DNA of 43,202 nt from an uncultured cyanobacterium (GTDB lineage: Bacteria; Cyanobacteriota; Cyanobacteriia; Leptolyngbyales; Leptolyngbyaceae), in assembly GCA_963766075.1 (NCBI GenBank), contig CAVYAN010000084.1:1-43202 (forward strand), given 5' to 3'. Below are positions 29,868 through 38,944 of this stretch, one piece after another (the first letter of the stretch is position 1; each line of letters opens with the position of its first letter). A program made the position numbers and the translations under genes. The notes beneath the pieces were generated by a model. The model was not told where the DNA came from and ran no database searches. It worked only from the letters and a program-made list of their open reading frames with translations.

Positions 29868-32825
29868 ATGGGCATGGGTAAGCAAAAAGCATGGCAAATG
29901 GGTCGGCCCCGGACGCTGGGGTTTCTGCTGCTTGGCGGCGTGGTCCTGTGGGTGGGTACGGGCGGGATCAGTGCCTTTTTGGCGAATCAGCGTTGGTTTG
30001 CCGAGGTTGGCTATGGCGACGTGTTTTGGACGCGGTTATGGATTCAGGGGGGATCCGGAGTCCTGGTCACGATGGTCAGTGCCTTGCTGCTGCTGGGCAA
30101 TCTGCGTCTGGCAGATCGCCTCTGCGATCGCCCTGGTTCTAGTCCATTGTCTGGGGCGCGATTGAGTTCTGGGGTGAGATCGGGGCGTTTGTCTCTGCGA
30201 GGGCTTTTGCCCCTGACCCTGGGCCTCGGTTGCCTCATCAGCGGCATGGGATGGCACTATGGGCACTGGGCTGTGCAGGCCATCACCCAATTTCAAATGG
30301 CCCTGCCCGATCCCGGGAGCAGGGCAGGGTCATTATTCACCCTGCCGGGTCTGGGTCTGAGCTTCGCTTTAGCCATTGCCCTGCTGGTGTATCCTCGGGT
30401 GCTGTTAGGGGCGATCGCCTTGGGCCTCAGCCTTAGCTTTGGCGGTATTCTCGCCGTCCATTGGCACCAGATCCTCCTTGCTTTACACGCCGTTCCGTTT
30501 GAGCAGGCCGATCCGGTTTTTGGCCAAGACATTGGCTTTTATATCTTTACCTTTCCCCTGTGGGAACTCCTCAACCGCTGGCTTCTCGGGCTGACGCTGT
30601 ACTTGCTATTAGCCGTGAGTCTCACCTACTTGCTGGCCCCCAACAGCCTCAGCAACGGCAATTTCCCTGGATTTTCCTCCGACCAAGCCTGTCATCTCTC
30701 CGGCCTCAGCGGCGGCTTCATGCTCTCCCTGGCTCTCAGCCATTGGCTTCACCGTTATGCCCTGCTCTATTCTTCTCGCGGAGTCACCTACGGGGCTAGC
30801 TACATTGATGTGCAGGTCGAGTTACCGGTCTATACCGGGTTAAGTGGGTTGGCCGTGGCGATCGCTCTCTACTGCCTACGGTGTACGCTGGCCCCAGCCC
30901 ATCGCCGGAGCCTGCTCCCCCGTAAAATTCAAAACGCCAACCGTCTGACTCTTCAGCCCGTTGCCCCTCAGACCTTCCCCCAGGCCGTCTTCCCCCAGAC
31001 CGTAATACTCCGGCCTATCGTCTGTATTCTGCTGTTTCTGCTGTTGACGGGACTGACCACCGGGGTGCTCCCAGCAGCCCTGCAACGCCTGCTGGTCCAA
31101 CCTAATGAATTCGCCAAAGAGCGCCCCTACATTCAGCGCAGCATTGACTTTACCCGCGCCGCCTTTGGTCTTACCAGCATTGTGCCCCAACTCTTCGCAC
31201 CCCAAAATACCCTCACCGCAAACGACCTGCGCACCAATGAACTGACCGTGCGCAACATTCGCCTCTGGGATACCCGCCCGCTGTTGGAAACCAATCGGCA
31301 ACTCCAGCAAATTCGCCCGTACTATCGCTTTTTCGATGCCGATATTGATCGCTACCTCCTCGGTTCCCCCACGGCTCCCGAAAAACGCCAAGTTCTCATT
31401 TCTGCCCGCGAACTGGACTACGCCGCTGTGCCCCCAGAGGCCCAAACTTGGGTGAATGAACATTTGGTCTACACCCATGGCTATGGCTTCACCATGAGTC
31501 CGGTCAACACCGTCGTCGAAGGCGGCCTGCCGGATTACTTTGTCAAGGACATTGGGGGCAGCCTCCACGATCCTACGGGCAATCTAAAAACGGCTAATGC
31601 CCAAATTCGGGCCCGGATTCCGACGGTTCACCCGCGCCTCTACTTCGGAGAGTTGACCAATACCTACGTGATGACGGGCAGTCGCGTTCAGGAATTGGAC
31701 TATCCCAGTGGTGACACCAATGTCTATAACGTCTACGACGGCAACGGGGGCATTGCGATCGCTTCGGCCTGGAGCCGCTGGATCTTTGCCCGCTATCTGC
31801 GTGACTGGCGACTGTTGCTCAGTCAAGACCTAACGCCCCAATCGCGACTCCTGTTTCGCCGCAATATTCAGGAGCGGATCCGGGCGATCGCCCCGTTTCT
31901 GCAATTTGACGCGGATCCCTATCTCGTCGTTGCCAATACGCCGGAGACAACGCCCCGTTCTCTCTACTGGATCATTGATGCCTATACCACCAGTGATCGC
32001 TATCCCTACGCCGCCCCCAGCCCCAGTCGTCCCTTCAACTACATCCGCAACTCCGTTAAGGTGGCGATCGATGCCTACAGTGGCTCCGTTAATTTCTACA
32101 TCAGCGATCCGACAGATCCCATTATCCAAGCCTGGACCGCAATCTTTCCCACACTGTTTCAACCCCTCAACGCCATGCCCACGGCCCTGCGGCAGCACAT
32201 CCGCTATCCCATTGATCTGTTTACCATTCAGTCGGAGCGGTTAATCACTTATCACATGACCGATCCCCAAGTGTTCTATAACCGCGAGGATTTGTGGCAA
32301 ATTCCCAACGAAATCTACGGCACCCAAACCCAGCCCGTTGAACCGTATTCGCTGATTATGAAACTGCCCACCGCCGACACTGAAGAGTTCGTGTTGTTGC
32401 TGCCTTTTACGCCCAATCAGCGTACAAATCTCACGGCTTGGTTTGCGGCCCGGTCCGATGGGACCGCCTATGGCACGTCACTGCTCTATCTCTTTCCCAA
32501 GCAGGAATTGATCTACGGCACGGAACAAATTGAAGCCCGGATTAATCAAGATCCGGCTATTTCCCAGCAAATCTCTCTGTGGAATCGCGAAGGCTCCCGC
32601 GCCGTGCAGGGCAATCTACTGGTCATTCCCGTGAATAATTCTTTGCTGTACGTAGAACCACTCTATTTGGAAGCCCAGCAAAATAGCTTGCCCACCTTGG
32701 TCCGAGTGATTGTAGCCTACGGCAACCGGATTGTTATGGCGGAAACCTTAGAGGCGGGCCTGGATAAAATTTTTGGCAAAGCTCCTAAAGAGCGCGTTGT
32801 CGCGCCAGCCCTAAAGTCGCTATGA
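29868..32825 (+). CDS. UPF0182 family membrane protein
   Basis: WF.EVGY..VF, DPVFGQDIGFYIF, NIRLWD, YTHGYG, NYIRNSVK, GNLLVIP..LLYVEPLYL. Confidence 0.93.
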   Translation: MGMGKQKAWQMGRPRTLGFLLLGGVVLWVGTGGISAFLANQRWFAEVGYGDVFWTRLWIQGGSGVLVTMVSALLLLGNLRLADRLCDRPGSSPLSGARLSSGVRSGRLSLRGLLPLTLGLGCLISGMGWHYGHWAVQAITQFQMALPDPGSRAGSLFTLPGLGLSFALAIALLVYPRVLLGAIALGLSLSFGGILAVHWHQILLALHAVPFEQADPVFGQDIGFYIFTFPLWELLNRWLLGLTLYLLLAVSLTYLLAPNSLSNGNFPGFSSDQACHLSGLSGGFMLSLALSHWLHRYALLYSSRGVTYGASYIDVQVELPVYTGLSGLAVAIALYCLRCTLAPAHRRSLLPRKIQNANRLTLQPVAPQTFPQAVFPQTVILRPIVCILLFLLLTGLTTGVLPAALQRLLVQPNEFAKERPYIQRSIDFTRAAFGLTSIVPQLFAPQNTLTANDLRTNELTVRNIRLWDTRPLLETNRQLQQIRPYYRFFDADIDRYLLGSPTAPEKRQVLISARELDYAAVPPEAQTWVNEHLVYTHGYGFTMSPVNTVVEGGLPDYFVKDIGGSLHDPTGNLKTANAQIRARIPTVHPRLYFGELTNTYVMTGSRVQELDYPSGDTNVYNVYDGNGGIAIASAWSRWIFARYLRDWRLLLSQDLTPQSRLLFRRNIQERIRAIAPFLQFDADPYLVVANTPETTPRSLYWIIDAYTTSDRYPYAAPSPSRPFNYIRNSVKVAIDAYSGSVNFYISDPTDPIIQAWTAIFPTLFQPLNAMPTALRQHIRYPIDLFTIQSERLITYHMTDPQVFYNREDLWQIPNEIYGTQTQPVEPYSLIMKLPTADTEEFVLLLPFTPNQRTNLTAWFAARSDGTAYGTSLLYLFPKQELIYGTEQIEARINQDPAISQQISLWNREGSRAVQGNLLVIPVNNSLLYVEPLYLEAQQNSLPTLVRVIVAYGNRIVMAETLEAGLDKIFGKAPKERVVAPALKSL

Positions 32826-32985
32826 GTGTTCACGCTAGATGTTCAGGCTATGGTTTTCAGGCTATGGGTACGCACAAGATGTGTCGAGTAGCCGGGGCGA
32901 TTGGGCTGAATTCCCAAAAAAGGCGATCGCTTTTAAAGATCGCGGCTACTGTGGTTTGTGATGGTCTTCAAAGGAATGGACAGCC

Positions 32986-33666
32986 ATGATTCGGCGATCG
33001 CACCTTGTGGGTTTAGCAACAGTGGTTTTAGTGGGCTGCACCAGCACGGCCAAACAAGCCAGCACCAGTCCGGCAACTGCCCCAGCCGCCCAGCCCAGTC
33101 CAGCCACCGTTCCTCTAATCCAACCGTTGAGCACAGTTACCGTGCCCGCAGTTCCGGGCCTAGTGCCCCAAATCAACGCCAAAACCCGCGCCAGTAGCGT
33201 TGTCACGGGACGCATCGATCCCTTTGCCTCTGTGCAAAATGGGCCTTTGGTTTTGCCCGTGGCGGCAGTGACCCCAGCCAAGCCCCGCCTTCAACCAATT
33301 GCTGTGCCTGGAAAGCCCGCTATGATTCCCCTGGGGAGACCCCCTGAATTGAGCCAGGGAGGATTGCCTAGCTTGACACCTGCGCCGGGAAGCTTGCCCG
33401 CGTTGCCACCGGCTTCGCCGACGGCGATCGCCGATCGCATTGCCATTACGGGCGTCGTGCAAATCCAAGGCAAATGGCAAGTCATTGTCCAGGAATCGAC
33501 CGCAGGCCCCAGCCGCTATGTCAGCACCGGCGATGCCCTCGCGGGTGGACAAGTGATTGTAAAACGCATCATTCCCGGCTCGGAACCCCTCATCGTCTTG
33601 CAACAGAACGGCAAAGAAGTGACCCGGACCGTTGGCAGTGGCATGGGGCCTTTGGCCCGCAGCTAA
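32986..33666 (+). CDS. Pro-rich hypothetical lipoprotein
   Basis: Lipobox LVGC, GRIDPFA, C-terminal ITGVVQI..IVQE..RYVSTGD beta domain (PilP/GspC-like by inference). Confidence 0.75.
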   Translation: MIRRSHLVGLATVVLVGCTSTAKQASTSPATAPAAQPSPATVPLIQPLSTVTVPAVPGLVPQINAKTRASSVVTGRIDPFASVQNGPLVLPVAAVTPAKPRLQPIAVPGKPAMIPLGRPPELSQGGLPSLTPAPGSLPALPPASPTAIADRIAITGVVQIQGKWQVIVQESTAGPSRYVSTGDALAGGQVIVKRIIPGSEPLIVLQQNGKEVTRTVGSGMGPLARS

Positions 33667-33787
33667 TCCGTGACCTGCTGTGGCTTGAGTGTGAAATAAA
33701 TTGGGTGAGAATCGACTTTTATCCGCCAAAACTCTACCGTAGTAACAGATGGCATTGTGCACAGGTGGAACTATGAAGGGCGGAGAT

Positions 33788-34384
33788 ATGTCGGAAGCCG
33801 AGCCCGAATGGGCCAATGGTCCTGGCCCCCAATTTTCGTCGGGGCCGCGTTCTCAGGCGCGATCGCAGCAGCACCGAGCCAACTCGCCACGCCACGCAGC
33901 TCCAGACATCGATTTAAACTATCAAAGCACCTACATATGCCCCATCTGTCGCCATGGGCACATTTCGGCCCTGAGCTTGATGGATGCCTTTGCCTGTGAC
34001 TTTTGTCGGCATATTTTTACGGCTAACCTGGCCGAGCAAATTGTGCGGGTTGAAGATAGCGCCCAGCCCATGGCTTGGCGCTGGCATAAACGACGCTGGC
34101 AATCCGCTCAACAAGGTAATGTCGATCTCACCGTGACCGTATGGGCCTTGAGTGCAATTTTGGCGTTTGTGCCTCCGGCCTTGGTGTGGTTGCCGTCCTC
34201 TACTTTCCCTCCGACTGTGGGTAGTCGGGGAAGCTGGGTGCCGACCCTATGGCTGGGCTTGACCTGTGGCGTGCATGTGCTGATGGCACTCTGGCTCTTG
34301 GTGGAACACTATCAAGTGCCGGGGTATGTAATCTTGAAGCTGAAGCTGCAAGAGGCGGCGAGAAGACGTGGGGATAGAGCGTAG
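33788..34384 (+). CDS. Zinc-ribbon membrane protein (hypothetical)
   Basis: CPICRHG..MDAFACDFCRHIF followed by two TM helices; GGAG RBS. Confidence 0.78.
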   Translation: MSEAEPEWANGPGPQFSSGPRSQARSQQHRANSPRHAAPDIDLNYQSTYICPICRHGHISALSLMDAFACDFCRHIFTANLAEQIVRVEDSAQPMAWRWHKRRWQSAQQGNVDLTVTVWALSAILAFVPPALVWLPSSTFPPTVGSRGSWVPTLWLGLTCGVHVLMALWLLVEHYQVPGYVILKLKLQEAARRRGDRA

Positions 34385-34415
34385 GTGTGCCCCTATCCAG
34401 ATTCAAGGATCGATC

Positions 34416-35333
34416 ATGAAACGATTTTTTGGCTTCTTAGTCGTGCTGCTTGTTCTGGTGGGGGCGATCGCCGGGTGCCAATTCACCAACCCCTCCAGCC
34501 AACCCGCTGATATTACCATTGCCTCCAAAGACTTCACCGAGCAGGATATTCTCGGGGAACTGCTGGCACAGCACATCGAAAATCAAACCGGACTCACAGT
34601 GGCCCGCAAACCCCGCCTGGGGTTTACCTTTATTTGTCATCAAGCCCTGACCAGTGGAAAAATTGATGCCTATATCGAATACACGGGCACAGCCTATACC
34701 ACCGTGCTTAAGGAACAGCCCATTGCCGATGCCCAACTCCTCTATAGTCGCCTCAAACAGGGCTACAAACAAAAATTTAACTTAGAAGTGCTGTCGCCCC
34801 TCGGGTTTGAAAACACCTTTGCCTTGATCATGCGCGGTGCCGATGCCCAACGGGATCAGATTCAAACCCTTTCCCAAGCGGCAGATCACGCGGCCCAACT
34901 GCGGGGGGGCTTCGGCTACGAGTTTGTTGAGCGGGAAGATGGGTTACCCGGTTTAGCCAAGGCGTACAATCTGCACTTTGGCAAACCCCCACGGCAAATG
35001 AGCCTGGATTTGCTCTATCGGGCGCTATTGCAAAAACAAGTCGATCTAATTGCCGGAAATTCCACCGATGGCCAAATTGCGCGCCTCGGTTTAGTCATTC
35101 TCAAGGACGATAAGCATTATTTCCCGCCCTACGAAGCCGTGCCGATTGTCCGCGCCGAAACTTTGCAGAAGTATCCGCAGGTTCGGGCGGCGATCGCCCA
35201 ACTGGCCGGACGCATTACCGCCTCAGAAATGCAGCAGTTGAACAACCAAGTCGAAGGGGAACTGCGGGATGTCAAGGTTGTGGTTCAAGAGCTACTCCAG
35301 GCCAAGGGCTTGGGAGCCGTAAAGAAACTGTAA
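34416..35333 (+). CDS. Glycine betaine/osmoprotectant ABC transporter substrate-binding lipoprotein (OpuAC/OsmF-like)
   Basis: Lipobox IAGC, SKDFTEQDILG, YIEYTGT, GFENTFAL, DDKHYFPPY. Confidence 0.92.
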   Translation: MKRFFGFLVVLLVLVGAIAGCQFTNPSSQPADITIASKDFTEQDILGELLAQHIENQTGLTVARKPRLGFTFICHQALTSGKIDAYIEYTGTAYTTVLKEQPIADAQLLYSRLKQGYKQKFNLEVLSPLGFENTFALIMRGADAQRDQIQTLSQAADHAAQLRGGFGYEFVEREDGLPGLAKAYNLHFGKPPRQMSLDLLYRALLQKQVDLIAGNSTDGQIARLGLVILKDDKHYFPPYEAVPIVRAETLQKYPQVRAAIAQLAGRITASEMQQLNNQVEGELRDVKVVVQELLQAKGLGAVKKL

Positions 35334-35581
35334 CCTGATACGCCAAACCATTACGCCACTGCGGGAGTGGGTGCTTGAGTCACATCGGAGATAAAGGGCA
35401 TCTTCCGGGCAGAATTCGGGGCTTGTGGCAGCGTGGGTGGGGGCGATCGGGGGATTTTACGTCAGGATCTTGGCTAGACCCTATAGACAATTGCAGAATG
35501 AGCAGGAGAGAATAAAATGTCCGGTACTCTTTTTTGACGCATTAATTCTCCGACGCTTTACTAGCCTTCACTAGGAACCCT

Positions 35582-36484
35582 ATGGAAACGCTTGCCTGCC
35601 AGATCCTTCCCACTGCTGACGGTCCAGTTGCCTACCCCAAATCTTCGAGCCAGCCTTGGCGCTGGCAGTTAATGCGTCGGCTGGGAGCCTGTGCCCTGGG
35701 ACTCTCCGTTTTGAGTATGTTGTTGCCGATGGGGGTATTGGGGATGGCGGGGCGGGCGATCGCCCAAGCAAGTGTATTAGATTTGGGATCCTCTGGCCCA
35801 CAGGTGAGCGCTGTCCAAACTGACTTGGCTTGTTTGGGATATCCAGTTGCGGCTGACGGTATCTATGGAGAGGATACCGTCGCTAAGGTCGAGCAGTTTC
35901 AACAGAATAAAAACTTACTGGTGGATGGTCAAGTCGGACCAGCAACGCTGCAAGCGTTAAGCGCCGCACGACAGGCGCAGGGAGGATGCCAACAGAGTAC
36001 CGCGATCTCTTCTGCTAGTACTTTTCCTTCTCCTACGGGTGATTATTCTACAAATTCCACCACCAATAGTGCTATTCTCCAGCGCGGCGACACGGGAGGA
36101 AATGTAAGACTGCTTCAGCAACGACTGTGTAGCTCACGTTACAACTGTGCCGTGACCAACGTATTTGACTACAGTACAGAGCAAGCCGTTATCCAGTTTC
36201 AGCGCGATAACCGCCTGGACCCCGATGGCATTGTTGGTCCGAAGACGTGGGCCGCGTTGAATGTTAAACCAGTAGCAGTCCGCCAATATGTTGTGTTGAT
36301 TCCCATGGATACCCGCACCACGTTGCCTCAGGTGCAGCAAGTTGTGCGCGACGCCTCTATTGATCGAACGTCTGGATTGGGGCCCTTTATCCGTGCCGGT
36401 TCCTACAGCAACCGCAAAGATGCTGAGTATATGGCAGGTTTGTTGCGCCTCCATCACTTCGACGCCCAAGTCCGGCGTTTTTAG
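35582..36484 (+). CDS. Peptidoglycan-binding domain protein
   Basis: Two PG_binding_1 repeats (DGIYGEDT..VEQFQ..L.VDG.VGPAT; VIQFQ..LDPDGIVGPKTW) and a SPOR-like C-terminus. Confidence 0.88.
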   Translation: METLACQILPTADGPVAYPKSSSQPWRWQLMRRLGACALGLSVLSMLLPMGVLGMAGRAIAQASVLDLGSSGPQVSAVQTDLACLGYPVAADGIYGEDTVAKVEQFQQNKNLLVDGQVGPATLQALSAARQAQGGCQQSTAISSASTFPSPTGDYSTNSTTNSAILQRGDTGGNVRLLQQRLCSSRYNCAVTNVFDYSTEQAVIQFQRDNRLDPDGIVGPKTWAALNVKPVAVRQYVVLIPMDTRTTLPQVQQVVRDASIDRTSGLGPFIRAGSYSNRKDAEYMAGLLRLHHFDAQVRRF

Positions 36485-37065
36485 GCAGCCCACCCCGGTG
36501 AAATTAAGAAAGACCGAAGATCCCCGGCATTTCTAAAAATGCCGGGGATCTGTGTATACAGTTGAATCCGTCTTTTGAATCCGTCTTTGAATGAGCCGTG
36601 CTGCCCTAGGACCGCACCAGCGATCGCTCGACAAGCCGGACATACAGCATGCACCGTTAACTGACAGTCCAGCAATTGAAATCCCTCTTTTTCCGCTGCC
36701 TTAGAGCCCACCTTCAGAATCGAGTCACTCTTGAACTCAATCGTTTTATTGCATCGTACACAAATCAGGTGGTGATGGTGATAGGGCGAGGGCTGGTTAA
36801 TTTCGTAATGCTTATGCCCCTCCGCCAGTTCCAGCTCGCGCAAGATACCCATGCGGGCCATTAACTTTAGGGTGCGATAAATCGTGGACAGGCTAATTCC
36901 GGCCTGCTGGGCCTGGAGAACCTCAAACAGGTCCTCCGCACTCAGATGATTGCCACTGTCCAGATTTTGGAAAACTTGGAGGATGGTTTCTCGCTGCGGA
37001 GTCAACCGCCAGCCTTTTTCATTCAATTCCGCTTTCAGCGAGGCCGCTGTATAGGAATTAACCAT
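36481..37065 (-). CDS. fur: Ferric uptake regulator (FurA-like), C-terminus extended by an apparent frameshift
   Basis: YTAASLKAELNEKGWRLTPQRE, HLSAED, STIYRTL, HHHHLICVRC, CPAC. Confidence 0.95.
   Translation of the reverse strand: MVNSYTAASLKAELNEKGWRLTPQRETILQVFQNLDSGNHLSAEDLFEVLQAQQAGISLSTIYRTLKLMARMGILRELELAEGHKHYEINQPSPYHHHHLICVRCNKTIEFKSDSILKVGSKAAEKEGFQLLDCQLTVHAVCPACRAIAGAVLGQHGSFKDGFKRRIQLYTQIPGIFRNAGDLRSFLISPGWAA
36518..36551. repeat. REP-like hairpin downstream of the fur core
   Basis: AGATCCCCGGCATTT-CTAA-AAATGCCGGGGATCT. Confidence 0.85.
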
Positions 37066-37070
37066 AGTTT

Positions 37071-37148
37071 TTCTCAATAATCAAGCCTTAATGACATTAG
37101 CATACAGAGTCTATTGCCAATTTGCAAATTATGTTGGCTTATTGAGAA
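37071..37148. promoter_or_regulatory. Putative FurA operator sites upstream of fur
   Basis: TTCTCAATAA (37071) and its inverse TTATTGAGAA (37139), plus palindrome AATTTGCAAATT (37119-37130). Confidence 0.6.
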
Positions 37149-37226
37149 TGACAGCGGTGCCAAACAGCGCTGTGTGATCAAGAGTCCCAGACAGTTTTTC
37201 AACGGAAAAAATCAGGCCAAAATGCC

Positions 37227-37260
37227 AGATGCCGGGGATTTCTAAAAATCCCCGGCATCT
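37227..37260. repeat. REP-like hairpin upstream of fur / terminator of the aminotransferase
   Basis: AGATGCCGGGGATTT-CTAA-AAATCCCCGGCATCT. Confidence 0.85.
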
Positions 37261-37289
37261 GAGTCTAGAGTTTAACTACACTCGTGAAA

Positions 37290-38444
37290 CTACGACTGGC
37301 TAAACACCTTTGCCGCTGCAGTTACCCCTGCCCCCGGCGTAAAGTTTTCGTAGCCCAGTTCCATCAGCGTAGCTTCCAAAGCGGCGAGGGCAGCCAGAAT
37401 ATCGCGATCGCTGACAAACCCCAAATGGCCCATCCGGAAGATTTTGCCCTTTAGGTGGTCTTGCCCACCTGCCAGCACAATGTCAAACCGTTTTTTGATC
37501 ACGGCCCGAATTTGCTCCACATCTACACCCACAGGTGCAACTGCCGTAATCGCCGGACTGCCCGCCCCCTCAGGTGCAAACAACGGCAGATTTAAGGCCG
37601 TCATCGCCGCCCGTGCCGCTTGCTTTTGGCGTTCATGGCGGGCAAAGATACCCTCCAATCCTTCTGCCTTCATCATCCGCAGCGCCGCTTGCACCGCATA
37701 GAACAGGTTGATTGGCGGCGTGAACGGGGTGGTGTTTTTGGCGGCATCCTTGCGGTATTTCCCCAGATCCAAGTAAAACTTGGGAATCGTTGCCGTTTCG
37801 TAAGCCTTCCACGCCTTGGGACTGACCGCCACAAAGCCCAATCCCGGCGGAATCATGTAGCCTTTTTGGGAACCCGACGCCACAACATCCAGCCCCCAGG
37901 CGTCCACGGGCACATTGCACGCACCCAGACTGGTGACCGTATCCACAATGCTCAAGGCCGTGCCGTGGGCTTGGATATGGCGGTTGATCGTTTCCAGATC
38001 GTTAATTACTCCGGTGGAGGTTTCGCTGTGGGTAATAATGACGGCCTTGATGGTCTTGGCGGTATCGGCTTCCAGAGCGGTGCGGAATTGTTCCGGATCG
38101 AGTACTTGGCCCCACTCGGCAGTGATACTTTCCACATTCAGGCCAAAGGCTTGGGCCAGTTTGACCCAGCGATCGCCAAATTTACCGTTTGAGCCAACCA
38201 AGACGCGATCGCCCGGACTCAAGAAATTAATAATCGCGGCCTCCATTGCCCCTGTGCCACTGGCCGCCAGAATCAGCACATCATTTTGGGTTTGGTGCAG
38301 CCATTTCAGATTTTCCGTGACCTCTGCCATGATTTTGGAGAAGTCGCCGCTGCGGTGCCCAATTGGGTGCTTCGCCATTGCCAGCAACACTTGTTCCGGC
38401 ACCGGGGTCGGTCCCGGAATCATCAGCATCAGTTTATCGTCCAT
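37290..38444 (-). CDS. Class V aminotransferase (alanine/serine-glyoxylate family)
   Basis: MDDKLMLMIPGPTPVP, SGTGAME, HSETSTG, SGSQKGYMIPPG (PLP Lys), FRMGHLG. Confidence 0.93.
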   Translation of the reverse strand: MDDKLMLMIPGPTPVPEQVLLAMAKHPIGHRSGDFSKIMAEVTENLKWLHQTQNDVLILAASGTGAMEAAIINFLSPGDRVLVGSNGKFGDRWVKLAQAFGLNVESITAEWGQVLDPEQFRTALEADTAKTIKAVIITHSETSTGVINDLETINRHIQAHGTALSIVDTVTSLGACNVPVDAWGLDVVASGSQKGYMIPPGLGFVAVSPKAWKAYETATIPKFYLDLGKYRKDAAKNTTPFTPPINLFYAVQAALRMMKAEGLEGIFARHERQKQAARAAMTALNLPLFAPEGAGSPAITAVAPVGVDVEQIRAVIKKRFDIVLAGGQDHLKGKIFRMGHLGFVSDRDILAALAALEATLMELGYENFTPGAGVTAAAKVFSQS

Positions 38445-38628
38445 AGGGCGGCCCAAAGTTAGTAAATCAGCATGATCCAGAATACAGAGTTTTGGGACTT
38501 CAGAACCTTATACCATTTAGGATTTTGGACTTTAGGATTTTGGACTTTAGGCGATTTCCGACCAATACAATGAACTTGCTGCTGGCTATCCTGCGGGAAG
38601 CGAACTACGGCTCCGCTCAGCCAGCGAG

Positions 38629-38880
38629 AGATTGCTCCCTGAGCGAAGTCGATCATCGGAAGATTGTTCCCTGAACGGAGTCGATCATCGGAAGATTGTT
38701 CCCTGAACGGAGTCGATCATCGGAAGATTGCTCCCTGAACGGAGTCGATTATCGGAAGATTGCTCCCTGAACGGAGTCGATCATCGGAAGATTGCTCCCT
38801 GAGCGGAGTCAATCATCGGAAGATTGCTCCCTGAGCGGAGTCGAAGGGAGCAAAGTCGAAGGGAGCAAAGTCGAAGGAAT
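38629..38880. repeat. Tandem array of seven 32-bp units plus 15-bp tail repeats
   Basis: Unit AGATTGYTCCCTGARCGRAGTCGATCATCGGA at 38629, 38661, 38693, 38725, 38757, 38789 and 38821; then AGTCGAAGGGAGCAA twice plus a partial copy. Confidence 0.95.
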
Positions 38881-38944
38881 GGTGGGAGCGCAACTGGAAT
38901 CTGGATGCTTTCGTGATTTCCAGGGGAGGGTTGGGGGCCTAGGG

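Noticed and set aside
38629..38880. CRISPR array
   Set aside because: Units are contiguous with no unique spacers, and there is no cas gene in the window.
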